Positions 1 to 10,230 of a stretch of DNA of 64,000 nucleotides are shown here, piece by piece; the stretch's first letter is position 1, and every line of letters begins with the position of its first letter. A program made the translations under genes and the position numbers. The stretch is taken from the NCBI RefSeq assembly GCF_041886205.1, contig NZ_CP169029.1. The stretch is one strand, 5' to 3'. The DNA is from Escherichia coli. Its GTDB lineage: Bacteria > Pseudomonadota > Gammaproteobacteria > Enterobacterales > Enterobacteriaceae. Below the pieces are notes generated by a model. The model ran no database searches. It had not been told where the DNA came from and worked only from the letters and a program-made list of their open reading frames with translations.

Positions 1-1542
1 AATTTCGGTGGCGATCGGCGCGTAGGGGATGTTACCCAGCTCCGGTTTTGATACCACCATCATTGAGATGTAACTGATAGGCAGATAAACCGCCTCGTCA
101 TGCAGACGGGTCAGAATGTCGCGATACAGTGCCTGACGTTGCGTTTCGTCATGGGTCGCCAGCACTTCGCCGATCTCTTTATCAATCAGCGGTTTGTCGG
201 CTAATCCTTGCTGTGCCTGGAAGTCAGCGTGCGACGGTACGCGCATTGAACTCAGGAAGGCGTGTGGATCGTATGGCGCGCCCCAGGTGCGGTGGAAAAT
301 CATGCCAAAACGACCGTCGCGCTGACGAGCATAGATACTGCTCTCTTCTTCGCCGATCAGCGTGACATCTGCGCCAATCTGGCGCATATCAGCCTGAATG
401 ATTTCCGCCATCGATTTGCTTAGCGCATCGGTGCCGATGAACGAAAGTTCAATGCGCAGCGGCTGACCATTTTTCTCGCGGATGTCTTTACCCGCAGGCA
501 GCGTCCAACCGGCTTTTTCCAGCAACGCTTTCGCTTTCTGCGGATCGTACTGGCGCGGTTTCAGGCCGAGGTTGGCGTAGGGCACAGAAGGGGCAAACAG
601 GGTGTCGGCGACCTGCTGGGTGCCATACAACGCGTTATCAATCAGCGATTTTTTGTTCACCGCGTAATTAAGAGCTTCCCGTACTGCCAGCTCGTTGGTG
701 GGGGCTTTGGCGGTATTGAGTGCCAGCATCACGGTTTCGATCGGCTGTGACAGTTGGGTGTGGTAAGCCGGGTTCTGGCTAAAGCGGGCGAAGGTATCGA
801 GCGGTAATAACCCTTCGTTTCCGTACAGCAGGTCGATATCGCCAGTTTCAAACGCCACCGCGCGGGTAGTCGGGTCCGGGATGACGTTAAAAGTGATCTT
901 CTTAATCGCCGGCTTTGCGCCCCAGTAGTTTTCGTTACGGACGAAGACATCGTACTGATTCAGTTTCGATTCCTGCAAAATCCACGGTCCGGTGCCAATC
1001 GGCGCTTTAATTCCGTTCATGGTTTCATGGTTTTTAAACTGCGAGGGGGCGATAAAACGGAAAGGGCGCGGCAGGGCCAGTTCTTGCAGGAAAGGATAGT
1101 AGGCGCTTTTCAGGGTGATTTGCAGCTCTGTTTTACTGAGTGCTTTAACATCAACAATCTGGTTTGCCAGCTCCAGCCAGGCGTGACGTTGACGGTTATC
1201 GAGCACTGCGCGGAAGTTTTCTGCCGCCGCCTCTGCATCAAACGGTTCGCCGTTAGAGAATTTCACGTCATCACGCAGGGTGAAGGTCCAGGTTTTACCA
1301 TCTTCCGAATGGGTCCAGCTTTTTGCCAGCCACGGGATCACCGAACCGCCTGCCTGATATTTCACCAATGGTTCATAAACCATGCTCTGGGCGAACATCT
1401 GGTTAGGCGTGTAAAGGTGCGGGTTTAGTGGCCCGACATTCACCGGCCAGGCGGTGGTGATTTCATCTGGTGCAGCGGCATGGACGATAAAAGACGCACA
1501 AGCCAGCAGCGCAAATAGAGTGCGGCGGAGTGTGGAGAGCAT
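1..1542 (-). CDS. nikA: Nickel ABC transporter periplasmic binding protein NikA, 3' end truncated by window edge (last ~11 codons missing)
   Basis: Reverse complement of 1519..1542 encodes MLSTLRRTLFALLA; reverse complement of the first bases encodes ...APIATEI, matching remembered NikA. Not in ORF track because no stop lies in the window. Confidence 0.85.
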   Translation of the reverse strand, partial: MLSTLRRTLFALLACASFIVHAAAPDEITTAWPVNVGPLNPHLYTPNQMFAQSMVYEPLVKYQAGGSVIPWLAKSWTHSEDGKTWTFTLRDDVKFSNGEPFDAEAAAENFRAVLDNRQRHAWLELANQIVDVKALSKTELQITLKSAYYPFLQELALPRPFRFIAPSQFKNHETMNGIKAPIGTGPWILQESKLNQYDVFVRNENYWGAKPAIKKITFNVIPDPTTRAVAFETGDIDLLYGNEGLLPLDTFARFSQNPAYHTQLSQPIETVMLALNTAKAPTNELAVREALNYAVNKKSLIDNALYGTQQVADTLFAPSVPYANLGLKPRQYDPQKAKALLEKAGWTLPAGKDIREKNGQPLRIELSFIGTDALSKSMAEIIQADMRQIGADVTLIGEEESSIYARQRDGRFGMIFHRTWGAPYDPHAFLSSMRVPSHADFQAQQGLADKPLIDKEIGEVLATHDETQRQALYRDILTRLHDEAVYLPISYISMMVVSKPELGNIPYAPIATEI

Positions 1543-1652
1543 GGTAACCCCAATGGATTAAAATAGATGGCGGAAATAAGTATGACGATTTTAAGTATTC
1601 GTCATACTGATTACCTGTTCTGGATCAATAGATGGGCAGTCGGGTGGGCGGA

Positions 1653-2240
1653 TCAGTTAACTGAATCGATCCATTGCACACTGTCGGCGGAGAGCGTAAA
1701 GGGGGTAGGGGTGCAGATCGCCAGACTTAAATTTTCTAGCTGACAATGGCTGACTGACAGCGAGGAGTGATAGGTGCTATCTACGCTGACGATTTGCCAG
1801 GCGCTGCCGCCACGCTGTTTAACGATGGCTTCTTTGCGCGTCCAGATGCGCCAGAACATTTCCAGTTGCTGATCAGGATGCACGGCGTCCATTTCAGCGT
1901 GTTCCCCGAGGCTGAACACGGCGTTCGCCAGCCAGCGCCAGTTGGCGCGCGGGCGAATCACTTCGATATCGCAGCCGACTTCGCCTTCATCGCTCAACAG
2001 CAGAGCGATATCGTCACCGCTATGGCTTAAGTTGAACCATAGCGGTGTTTCCGGCGCGAATGCCGGTTTGCCTTGTTCGCCATAGATGATCTCCGGTAGC
2101 GGGGAAAGCGTGTGCGAAAGCAATGCACGCCCCGCCAGCCAGCGTTCGCGTCGTGGACCTTGCGGTGCTTGCTCGCGTAAACCCGGTGGCAGTGGAGCTG
2201 CGCTTAAGGTCGAAACTTTCCCCAGAACTATCCGATACAT
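1653..2240 (-). CDS. acpT: 4'-phosphopantetheinyl transferase AcpT
   Basis: 195 aa ORF matches remembered AcpT over full length; position next to nikA as in K-12. Confidence 0.9.
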   Translation of the reverse strand: MYRIVLGKVSTLSAAPLPPGLREQAPQGPRRERWLAGRALLSHTLSPLPEIIYGEQGKPAFAPETPLWFNLSHSGDDIALLLSDEGEVGCDIEVIRPRANWRWLANAVFSLGEHAEMDAVHPDQQLEMFWRIWTRKEAIVKQRGGSAWQIVSVDSTYHSSLSVSHCQLENLSLAICTPTPFTLSADSVQWIDSVN

Positions 2241-2294
2241 ATCAGGGCCAACGTATAATGGAAAATGAAAGTGCGTATCGTATCACTTGTCGCC

Positions 2295-3344
2295 TCATCC
2301 CGGTAACCGACTTTTCGGTCTGCCCGGCCCCAGTAAAATCGCCAGTTTGCTGCCGCCTTTCGTCGTTTCCATCCAGATTTTACACACGCTGGTTAATGGC
2401 ACCGAAAGTAGCATCCCTACCGGGCCGAGCAGCCATCCCCAAATTAACAATGAAAGAAATACCACCATGGTGGACATCCCCAGGCGATGGCCCATCATCC
2501 GTGGTTCTAAAATATTGCCGATGACCATATGGACCACTAAAAACAATGCGCCGACCAGAATACATTCGTAAATACCATTAAACAGCAGCACCTGAATCAT
2601 TGGCGGTACGGCGGAAATTACCGCGCCGATATTAGGCACGTAGTTGAGCAAAAACGCCAGTACTGCCCACATCAGCGCAAACTGCACCCCCATCAGCTCC
2701 AGCCCCAGCCAGACGATGACACCCGTCCATAAACTGAGTAGCGTCTTTAACGCCAGATAATGCGAAACGCCTTTAAGTGCGCGGTGTAATCCCGCGATGT
2801 GAATCTGTGGGTTATTCAGCGCAAAACGCATTTTGTAAGGGACGTGGCGCACTTCAAATAGCATGAAAACAACGGTCATCACCAGCAAAAGTACGCTCGC
2901 CATTGCCCCGGAAAGCCCGGTCATTAGCGCCGTGGTGAAGGTAACTACTTTTTCCGAGTCCATCCGCTGCAGCATTCGCTCCGGCGACATATGCAAATTA
3001 AGAAAAGGCAACATCTCCTGCAATTTAAAAAGTTTGCGCGTCAGCTCCTTATTAAACTTCGGCAGCATAGAGATAAATTCGTTAAACGATGCCGCCAGTA
3101 CGCCGACCAGCGCGGTTAGTGTGATCAGCATCACCACCACCACAATCGTAATGGCAACGGGGCGTTTTACTCCCCGTCGAATAAACCAGGTAACGAGCGG
3201 GTTGAGGACGATGGCAAAAAACAGCGCCAGTAACAGCTGCACAATGATATCTGCAGCTGCGTGAATGCCCGCGAGGATCACTACCAGCGAGGCCAGCTTG
3301 AGCAGAATGTGCATGCCCGTTTTATCGGGTTGAGGGGTTTCCAT
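2295..3344 (-). CDS. yhhT: AI-2E family transporter YhhT
   Basis: ORF track frame 2295..3425; chosen start METPQPDK at 3344 is preceded by a good SD (AGGAAG, complement of 3351..3356) and gives the 349 aa K-12 length. Confidence 0.85.
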   Translation of the reverse strand: METPQPDKTGMHILLKLASLVVILAGIHAAADIIVQLLLALFFAIVLNPLVTWFIRRGVKRPVAITIVVVVMLITLTALVGVLAASFNEFISMLPKFNKELTRKLFKLQEMLPFLNLHMSPERMLQRMDSEKVVTFTTALMTGLSGAMASVLLLVMTVVFMLFEVRHVPYKMRFALNNPQIHIAGLHRALKGVSHYLALKTLLSLWTGVIVWLGLELMGVQFALMWAVLAFLLNYVPNIGAVISAVPPMIQVLLFNGIYECILVGALFLVVHMVIGNILEPRMMGHRLGMSTMVVFLSLLIWGWLLGPVGMLLSVPLTSVCKIWMETTKGGSKLAILLGPGRPKSRLPG

Positions 3345-3475
3345 TGGGGCTTCCTTGTGACTTTTTGTATTAAGTGTAGCGGGAGTCACGCCAGCAATAT
3401 TCTGATTCTTACTGCTGATTTTCACGTCAGCACGTGGTAAAAATGAAACACTGTTGTAAAAATGTGGTGATCCTC

Positions 3476-4693
3476 ATGCCCGAACCCGTAGCCGAACCCG
3501 CGCTAAACGGATTGCGCCTGAATTTGCGTATTGTCTCCATTGTCATGTTTAACTTCGCCAGCTACCTCACCATCGGGTTGCCGCTCGCTGTATTACCGGG
3601 CTATGTCCATGATGTGATGGGCTTTAGCGCTTTCTGGGCAGGATTGGTTATCAGCCTGCAATATTTCGCCACCTTGCTGAGCCGTCCTCATGCCGGACGT
3701 TACGCCGATTTGCTGGGCCCCAAAAAGATTGTCGTCTTCGGTTTATGCGGCTGCTTTTTGAGCGGTCTGGGATATCTGACGGCAGGATTAACCGCCAGTC
3801 TGCCCGTCATCAGCCTGTTATTACTTTGCCTGGGACGCGTGATCCTTGGGATTGGGCAAAGTTTTGCCGGAACGGGATCGACCCTGTGGGGCGTTGGCGT
3901 GGTTGGCTCGCTGCATATCGGGCGGGTGATTTCGTGGAACGGCATTGTCACTTATGGGGCGATGGCGATGGGTGCGCCGTTAGGTGTCGTGTTTTATCAC
4001 TGGGGCGGCTTGCAGGCGTTAGCGTTAATCATTATGGGCGTGGCGCTGGTGGCCATTTTGTTGGCGCTCCCGCGTCCGACGGTAAAAGCCAGTAAAGGCA
4101 AACCGCTGCCGTTTCGCGCGGTGCTTGGGCGCGTCTGGCTGTACGGTATGGCGCTGGCACTGGCTTCCGCCGGATTTGGCGTCATCGCCACCTTTATCAC
4201 GCTGTTTTATGACGCTAAAGGTTGGGACGGTGCGGCTTTCGCGCTGACGCTGTTTAGCTGTGCGTTTGTCGGTACGCGTTTGTTATTCCCTAACGGCATT
4301 AACCGTATCGGCGGCTTAAACGTAGCGATGATTTGCTTTAGCGTTGAGATAATCGGCCTGCTACTGGTTGGCGTGGCGACTATGCCGTGGATGGCGAAAA
4401 TCGGCGTCTTACTGGCGGGGGCCGGGTTTTCGCTGGTGTTCCCGGCATTGGGTGTAGTGGCGGTAAAAGCGGTTCCGCAGCAAAATCAGGGGGCGGCGCT
4501 GGCAACTTACACCGTATTTATGGATTTATCGCTTGGCGTGACTGGACCACTGGCTGGGCTGGTGATGAGCTGGGCGGGCGTACCGGTGATTTATCTGGCG
4601 GCGGCGGGACTGGTCGCAATCGCGTTATTACTGACGTGGCGATTAAAAAAACGGCCTCCGGAACACGTCCCTGAGGCCGCCTCATCATCTTAA
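3476..4693 (+). CDS. yhhS: MFS transporter YhhS
   Basis: ORF 3434..4693; start taken at MPEPVAEP (3476) to match the remembered 405 aa protein; multi-TM MFS-like sequence. Confidence 0.85.
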   Translation: MPEPVAEPALNGLRLNLRIVSIVMFNFASYLTIGLPLAVLPGYVHDVMGFSAFWAGLVISLQYFATLLSRPHAGRYADLLGPKKIVVFGLCGCFLSGLGYLTAGLTASLPVISLLLLCLGRVILGIGQSFAGTGSTLWGVGVVGSLHIGRVISWNGIVTYGAMAMGAPLGVVFYHWGGLQALALIIMGVALVAILLALPRPTVKASKGKPLPFRAVLGRVWLYGMALALASAGFGVIATFITLFYDAKGWDGAAFALTLFSCAFVGTRLLFPNGINRIGGLNVAMICFSVEIIGLLLVGVATMPWMAKIGVLLAGAGFSLVFPALGVVAVKAVPQQNQGAALATYTVFMDLSLGVTGPLAGLVMSWAGVPVIYLAAAGLVAIALLLTWRLKKRPPEHVPEAASSS

Positions 4694-4696
4694 AAC

Positions 4697-5254
4697 TTAC
4701 TGAATAACCAGCGTATTAATGATGTTTTCTGCGGTGGTCTGCGCTTTTTGCTGATCGTCAGCTGGCAGAGTAATTTGCATGGTCAGCAGTTGATTACCCA
4801 CGTTACCCAGAATAACGGAAGAGTACGCCGTCTGGCCTTTCGCGGAGATAATACTGTCTAACTGCTGCATTTTGTGACCTTTCAGCTCAATGGCTTTATT
4901 GGTTACCACTTGCAGCTGCGGATCGCGGCTACGTTGCTGATCTTCCAGACGCTTCGCCAGCACCGCCAGATCTTCTTTCGGATCATCGCCCATGATGACG
5001 ATGACTGCTTTCTGCCCGGTGGCGTCGGACCAGACATGCATGTTATTGGCCTGCGTTCCCAGCTTACCGCTCTGGTCGGTCATATCCGCTGGCAGCGAGA
5101 AACTTAACTTGCCATCAAGCAGGTTGACGGGATTCCCGGTAGCGTTACTTTCCGCGACCGAACCCTGCGCCGTAGCGTTAGTGTCTTTATCATCACAGGC
5201 CGCAAGCCCCATAACCAGCAGGCCAATTCCGACATATTTAACCAGATTGCGCAT
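4697..5254 (-). CDS. dcrB: Periplasmic lipoprotein DcrB
   Basis: ORF 4697..5308; internal start [20 protein letters not shown] (lipoprotein signal plus lipobox) gives 185 aa matching remembered DcrB. Confidence 0.85.
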
Positions 5255-5326
5255 TGACTTCTTCCTTTCGATAAACGGCCATAACGGCTCATTCATCCAT
5301 CTTATCACAACTCTGATAACGAACCT

Positions 5327-5992
5327 TTAACTCGCCTGCAAAGCGTTGATTTCGGATTTATCTGCCAGTCTTTTCAACAGCATATTGAGTAATACACCAT
5401 ACATTGGCAGGAAGAAAACGATACTGATTAACACTTTGAAACAGTAATCGACTAGCGCGATTTCCATCCAGTGTTCAGCCATAAAGGCATCCGGGCTACG
5501 CCAGAAGGCAATGAAGAAGAAGGCCAGTGTGTCGCTGACGTTACCGAACAGTGTGGACGCTGTCGGTGCCAGCCACCAGCGGCGACTCTGACGCAGGCGG
5601 TTAAAAACGTGCACGTCGAGGATCTGTCCCAGCGCGTAGGCCATGAAACTGGCGGTGGCGATACGGGCGACAAACAGGTTGAAGTGGGCGAGTGCGCCGA
5701 ATCCCTGCCATGACCCCATATAAAACAGCGATGAGATGACGTAGGAGATCAGCAATGCGGGGATCATCACCGCAAAGATGATACGACGGGCCAGCGGTGC
5801 GCCAAAAATACGCACAGTCAGGTCGGTAGCGAGAAAGATAAACGGAAAGCTAAACGCGCCCCAGGTGGTGTGAAAACCAAAAATGGAGACGGGAAGCTGA
5901 ACCAGATAGTTACTGGAGGTGATCACCAGAAGATGAAATAACGATAACCAGAACAACGCCTTATAGCGTTGAGTTTGCGAGAAAACGTTCAT
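5327..5992 (-). CDS. yhhQ: Queuosine precursor transporter YhhQ
   Basis: 221 aa polytopic membrane protein matching remembered YhhQ. Confidence 0.9.
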   Translation of the reverse strand: MNVFSQTQRYKALFWLSLFHLLVITSSNYLVQLPVSIFGFHTTWGAFSFPFIFLATDLTVRIFGAPLARRIIFAVMIPALLISYVISSLFYMGSWQGFGALAHFNLFVARIATASFMAYALGQILDVHVFNRLRQSRRWWLAPTASTLFGNVSDTLAFFFIAFWRSPDAFMAEHWMEIALVDYCFKVLISIVFFLPMYGVLLNMLLKRLADKSEINALQAS

Positions 5993-6212
5993 ATTGTACC
6001 TTTTTGATTAACCATTGGGGTGAGGGAACCCAATACGTACGACACGTCTGTTACCTTAACATAATAACGTGCTTACCCTTTTTTCGAGCCGCCGCATGAT
6101 ACTGCTTTACGTTGACAATGCAATGGTTAATTTTCACGCAATCGTTAACCTGGTTTGCTTACGGACTCACAGGGCGTAAACTAGCGCCGTTTTTTTATGT
6201 GATGAGAAGAAA

Positions 6213-6458
6213 ATGACCGATCTCTTTTCCAGCCCTGACCACATACTCGACGCACTTGGCCTGCGCTGCCCGGAACCCGTAATGATGGTGCGCAAAACAG
6301 TGCGCAATATGCAGCCAGGTGAAACGTTGCTGATTATTGCTGACGATCCGGCGACGACCCGCGATATTCCTGGGTTTTGTACCTTTATGGAACACGAACT
6401 GGTTGCGAAAGAGACGGATGGACTGCCTTATCGTTATTTGATTCGCAAAGGCGGTTGA
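6213..6458 (+). CDS. tusA: Sulfur carrier protein TusA
   Basis: 81 aa ORF with the LRCPEP active-site Cys motif; matches remembered TusA. Confidence 0.92.
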   Translation: MTDLFSSPDHILDALGLRCPEPVMMVRKTVRNMQPGETLLIIADDPATTRDIPGFCTFMEHELVAKETDGLPYRYLIRKGG

Positions 6459-6502
6459 TGGGGGCTGATTGGCTTCGATGCCGCCTTTTCCCCTCACCCT
6501 AA

Positions 6503-6556
6503 CCCTCTCCCCAGAGGGGCGAGGGGACCGATCGCGCTCAATGTTGCGATCGGTTT
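6503..6556. terminator. Two adjacent hairpins between convergent tusA and zntA (likely bidirectional terminator)
   Basis: Inverted repeats ccctctcccc/ggggcgaggg (6503..6525) and accgatcgc/gcgatcggt (about 6527..6556) sit between the two stop codons. Confidence 0.5.
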
Positions 6557-6559
6557 GCC

Positions 6560-8758
6560 TTATCTCCTGCGCAACAATCTTAACGCATTCGCCGTCACCA
6601 GCACCGTCGCACCCGTATCTGCCAGCACCGCCAGCCACAACCCGGTCATCCCTAACAGCGTGGTGACGAGGAAGATCCCTTTCAGCCCCAGCGCAATGGT
6701 GATGTTCTGGCGGATATTGGCGTGAGTGGCGCGTGCCAGTTCAATCATTTGCACCAGGCCGCGCAGGTGGTTATGGGTTAATGCTGCGTCGGCGGTTTCC
6801 AGCGCCACGTCTGTGCCACTGCCCATTGCAATCCCAATGGCGGCAGCTTTCATCGCTGGCGCGTCGTTAATACCGTCACCGACCATCGCCAGCGGCGCAT
6901 GTTGATTCAGCTCGGTCACCGCTTTGACTTTATCTTCCGGCAACAGGCCCGCTTTAAACTCCAGCCCCAGCTCCCCGGCAATTGCCGCCGCTGCGCGTGG
7001 ATTATCGCCGGTGAGGATCACTCCTTTAACCCCCAGCGCGTTCAGTTCACTGATGGCAGTTGCAGCGTCGGCGCGCAGGGTATCCTGCAATGCAATGATA
7101 CCCAGCACGTCATCATTACGTACTACCAGCACAACCGTTTGCCCGGCGCTTTCCAGTTCATTAATCAAACCAGCAAATGCATCAGCGGGATGTTTCCCGG
7201 CAGCGCAAATCAATACGCGCTCACCGTTAACCTGCGCTTCAATGCCAGACCCGACCAGCGCCCGCTGTGATTCGGCGGCGGGAATGGCGAGTGCAGCAAC
7301 CTGTGCTTCGCGCACGATGGCTTGCGCCAGTGGATGCGTCGCGCCTTGCTCGACCGCCGCCGCCAGTGTCAGCAGTTCAGATTCACTAATACCCGTTGCC
7401 GGATGAATCGCGGTAACGCGCGGTTTACCGACGGTCAGCGTACCGGTTTTATCAAACGCCACCTGAGTAACACGACCTAGTTGTTCCAGCGCCGCTCCGC
7501 CTTTAATCAACGCCCCACGACGCGCTGCTGCCGCCAGCCCGGAGGTAATCGCCGCGGGCGTGGAGATAACTAACGCACACGGGCAGCCAATCAGCAGCAG
7601 CGTCAGGCCTTTATAAATCCACTCCTGCCAGCTGGCGGCAAACAGCAGCGGTGGCACCAGCGTCACCAGCAGGGCGACGGCCATAATCGCTGGCGTATAA
7701 ATACGGCTGAAACGGTCGATAAACCGCTCAATGGGGGCGCGGCGCTCTTCGGCTTCTTCGATCAGTTTCAGAATCCGGTCAATGGCGCTGGCACCCGGTT
7801 CTGACAGCACTTCCAGCGTTACCAGACGGTCTACGCTGGTGGCTCCTGCAGGAACTTTATCGCCCGTTGCGCGCTCCACCGGAATGGATTCTCCGGTCAG
7901 GGCGCTTTCATCAAAACTGGCAAACGGTGAGAGCAGTTTACCGTCGGCAGGCAAACGCCCACCTGCGGCGACTTCAATCACATCGCCAGGCCGCAGGCTG
8001 TTAATCGCCACCTCTTCCCGCTCACCGTTACGCAGGCGCGTGGCGGTTTCTGGTTTCAGCGCCATTAAAGCGCTAACGCCCTGACGCGCGCGGCTGGCGG
8101 CCCAGCCTTCCAGTCGTTCACCAATCAAAAACAGCAGCAACACCATCGCAGCTTCAGCCGTTGCGCCAATAAACAGTGCACCAATAGCGGCTACGCTCAT
8201 TAAGGTTTCAATGGCGAAGTAGCTGCCGGATTTGATCAGCCGTAATGCCTGACGAGCAATCGGGTACAGCCCAACCAGCGTGGTCGCGATAAACGCCAGT
8301 TGCCCGAACGGATGATTAAATTGCTCCAAACCCCAGCTGATTGCCATCATCACGATAAGCGTAATCAGCGGCAGATTCTCTTTCAGGCGCGATGCTTGTG
8401 GCTCGTCGGCGGCCTGCTCATCGCGCAGGGAATAGCCCGCTTTTTGCACCGTAGATTCAACCTGGGCACGGATGTCATTGTCGGCATCAACCACCAGTTT
8501 TTCGGTGGCGAACAACACCTGCACCTGATTCACGCCTGCAAGCTGGCGCACGGCATTTTCTACCTTGCGCGCACAGGCGGCGCAGTCCATGCCGCTGACT
8601 TTCCAGCTATAGCGGGTGCCGGAGACGTTTTCAGAGAGCGTTGGCGAGCTGGAACATGCGCCGTCGCAGCAACAGTCGTTGGCGTTCTGTACCGTGGTTA
8701 GCGGTTTGAACGCAGCAAATTGAGGGGCTTTCTTGCCGTGATTGTCAGGAGTCGACAT
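6560..8758 (-). CDS. zntA: Zn/Cd/Pb-translocating P-type ATPase ZntA
   Basis: 732 aa ORF with N-terminal CCCDGAC and GMDCAAC metal-binding motifs, CPC transmembrane motif and DKTGTLT phosphorylation motif. Confidence 0.95.
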   Translation of the reverse strand: MSTPDNHGKKAPQFAAFKPLTTVQNANDCCCDGACSSSPTLSENVSGTRYSWKVSGMDCAACARKVENAVRQLAGVNQVQVLFATEKLVVDADNDIRAQVESTVQKAGYSLRDEQAADEPQASRLKENLPLITLIVMMAISWGLEQFNHPFGQLAFIATTLVGLYPIARQALRLIKSGSYFAIETLMSVAAIGALFIGATAEAAMVLLLFLIGERLEGWAASRARQGVSALMALKPETATRLRNGEREEVAINSLRPGDVIEVAAGGRLPADGKLLSPFASFDESALTGESIPVERATGDKVPAGATSVDRLVTLEVLSEPGASAIDRILKLIEEAEERRAPIERFIDRFSRIYTPAIMAVALLVTLVPPLLFAASWQEWIYKGLTLLLIGCPCALVISTPAAITSGLAAAARRGALIKGGAALEQLGRVTQVAFDKTGTLTVGKPRVTAIHPATGISESELLTLAAAVEQGATHPLAQAIVREAQVAALAIPAAESQRALVGSGIEAQVNGERVLICAAGKHPADAFAGLINELESAGQTVVLVVRNDDVLGIIALQDTLRADAATAISELNALGVKGVILTGDNPRAAAAIAGELGLEFKAGLLPEDKVKAVTELNQHAPLAMVGDGINDAPAMKAAAIGIAMGSGTDVALETADAALTHNHLRGLVQMIELARATHANIRQNITIALGLKGIFLVTTLLGMTGLWLAVLADTGATVLVTANALRLLRRR

Positions 8759-8793
8759 GGCATCCTCCGGTTAAGTTTTTTCTCATTAACCGA

Positions 8794-8826
8794 AGGATAC
8801 ACTCTGGAGTCGACTCCAGAGTCAAG
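8794..8826 (-). promoter_or_regulatory. zntA promoter with ZntR (MerR-type) operator palindrome
   Basis: Perfect 22 bp palindrome actctggagtcgactccagagt at 8801..8822 between a -35-like CTTGAC (complement of 8821..8826) and a -10-like TATCCT (complement of 8794..8799), i.e. the long-spacer MerR-family promoter layout. Confidence 0.75.
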
Positions 8827-8831
8827 TTTTA

Positions 8832-9458
8832 TCAGAGATACAGCGAGCGGACGATCAGGAAGTGACCGGCAAAGTAGCAGGCCGCAGCAATCGCGTTATC
8901 CGCACGGAAGCGTCGGCGATAGTGGCTCCCCAGCCAGACAAAGTTACTGATAAACAGCAACGAAGCGCCAACAAACGCAGAGAGCGCCGGAGCGGTCGGA
9001 CGGAAGAACCACAGTTCACCTGCCAGCCACACCATCACCAGCGTCATGCCGATAAACGTGCAGATAGGCCAACGGTACTCTTCCAGCCGCGTCCAGATAA
9101 TCGCCAGTAACAGCGCGCCCAGAACCAGCAGCACCAGTGGCAGAGGCCAGAAGAAAGAGAGCGTCATCTGACTGGCGAAATAGATGGTGTACAGCAGGTG
9201 CGAGAGGAAAAACGCGCCGATGGCGTACATCAGACGTTGACGTGGCAACAGGGTTAGCGCATCGCCCAGCAGTGAGGCGCACAGCCCTGCCAGCACCAGA
9301 TAGCTAATGGCGTCGAACATCGGCGCTTGCCAGGCCAGTAACAGCAGGAGAAGAAGGGTTAACGGTTTAAACACCCAGCGTTGCCAGGTTGGCCCACGAT
9401 ACGATGCATCCACAGATAGCCATGCGGAAAGACAGACAGCGATAAACGACCAAAGCAT
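8832..9458 (-). CDS. yhhN: YhhN family membrane protein (TMEM86-like, putative lysoplasmalogenase)
   Basis: 208 aa polytopic ORF matching remembered YhhN. Confidence 0.88.
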
Positions 9459-9598
9459 CTTAGTTCCTTGAATTCGTTATTTTTTCGTAAGCGGAATGCC
9501 TACGGTCTTGCTTCCAGTTTAGTGGCGAGGGTGGACGGATGACAACACCATAACTGGCAGGGTATGCTTAATTCCGCATTTTCCGATGAGGGATAAAG

Positions 9599-9958
9599 AT
9601 GAGTAAACCACCTCTTTTCTTTATTGTTATCATTGGCTTAATCATCGTCGCCGCATCGTTTCGTTTTATGCAACAGCGACGGGAAAAAGCTGATAATGAT
9701 ATGGCTCCGCTCCAGCAAAAGCTGGTGGTGGTGAGCAACAAGCGGGAAAAACCGATTAACGATCGCCGTTCGCGCCAGCAGGAAGTGACTCCGGCAGGCA
9801 CCAGTATGCGCTATGAGGCAAGCTTCAAACCGCAAAGCGGAGGAATGGAGCAGACGTTTCGCCTCGACGCCCAGCAGTACCACGCCCTGACAGTGGGCGA
9901 TAAAGGTACGCTGAGCTATAAAGGAACGCGCTTTGTCAGCTTTGTAGGCGAACAATAA
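9599..9958 (+). CDS. yhhM: DUF2500 protein YhhM
   Basis: 119 aa ORF with N-terminal TM segment; matches remembered YhhM. Confidence 0.85.
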   Translation: MSKPPLFFIVIIGLIIVAASFRFMQQRREKADNDMAPLQQKLVVVSNKREKPINDRRSRQQEVTPAGTSMRYEASFKPQSGGMEQTFRLDAQQYHALTVGDKGTLSYKGTRFVSFVGEQ

Positions 9959-9960
9959 GG

Positions 9961-10230
9961 TTATTTTTTAACTTTAAATTTCTTCTGCCAGACCAGCAGT
10001 TCAAACACGCCGAAAAGGAAAATCCGTACCTTTTCGGCGGTGGTCATCTGCGGGCCATCTTTCGGTAAAGTGGATTTCAATAGCGCCAGCTGCATACCAT
10101 GCATCAGCACGGTAAAAATCAGCGCCACGTTAACGAAAATATTCAGCGGGCGCGGGAAGGGATGCACCAGATTGAGGATTAAAAATCCCCAAACGCAGAG
10201 CATTAACAAACGACCAATATTAATCAGCAT
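9961..10230 (-). CDS. yhhL: DUF1145 small membrane protein YhhL
   Basis: ORF 9961..10353; internal start MLINIGRLLM at 10230 gives the 89 aa remembered protein and overlaps the rsmD stop. Confidence 0.75.
   Translation of the reverse strand: MLINIGRLLMLCVWGFLILNLVHPFPRPLNIFVNVALIFTVLMHGMQLALLKSTLPKDGPQMTTAEKVRIFLFGVFELLVWQKKFKVKK

Noticed and set aside
1027-1428. 133 aa plus-strand ORF at the window start
   Set aside because: Lies antisense within nikA, whose frame is continuous on the minus strand from 1542 to the window edge.
2295-3425. Extended 376 aa start for yhhT (and similar 5' extensions in the track for yhhS, dcrB, yhhL, ftsX, livJ, livK, ugpC, ggt, yhhY, gntK, asd, glgC, glpD, glpE)
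   Set aside because: The ORF track reports the longest ATG-to-stop frame; downstream starts were chosen where they have a better SD, a signal peptide, or reproduce the remembered protein length. The gntK case uses a TTG start that the track cannot show.
6195-6638. 147 aa minus-strand ORF overlapping tusA and the zntA 3' end
   Set aside because: Spans the convergent terminator region and overlaps two real genes in the wrong frames; artefact.
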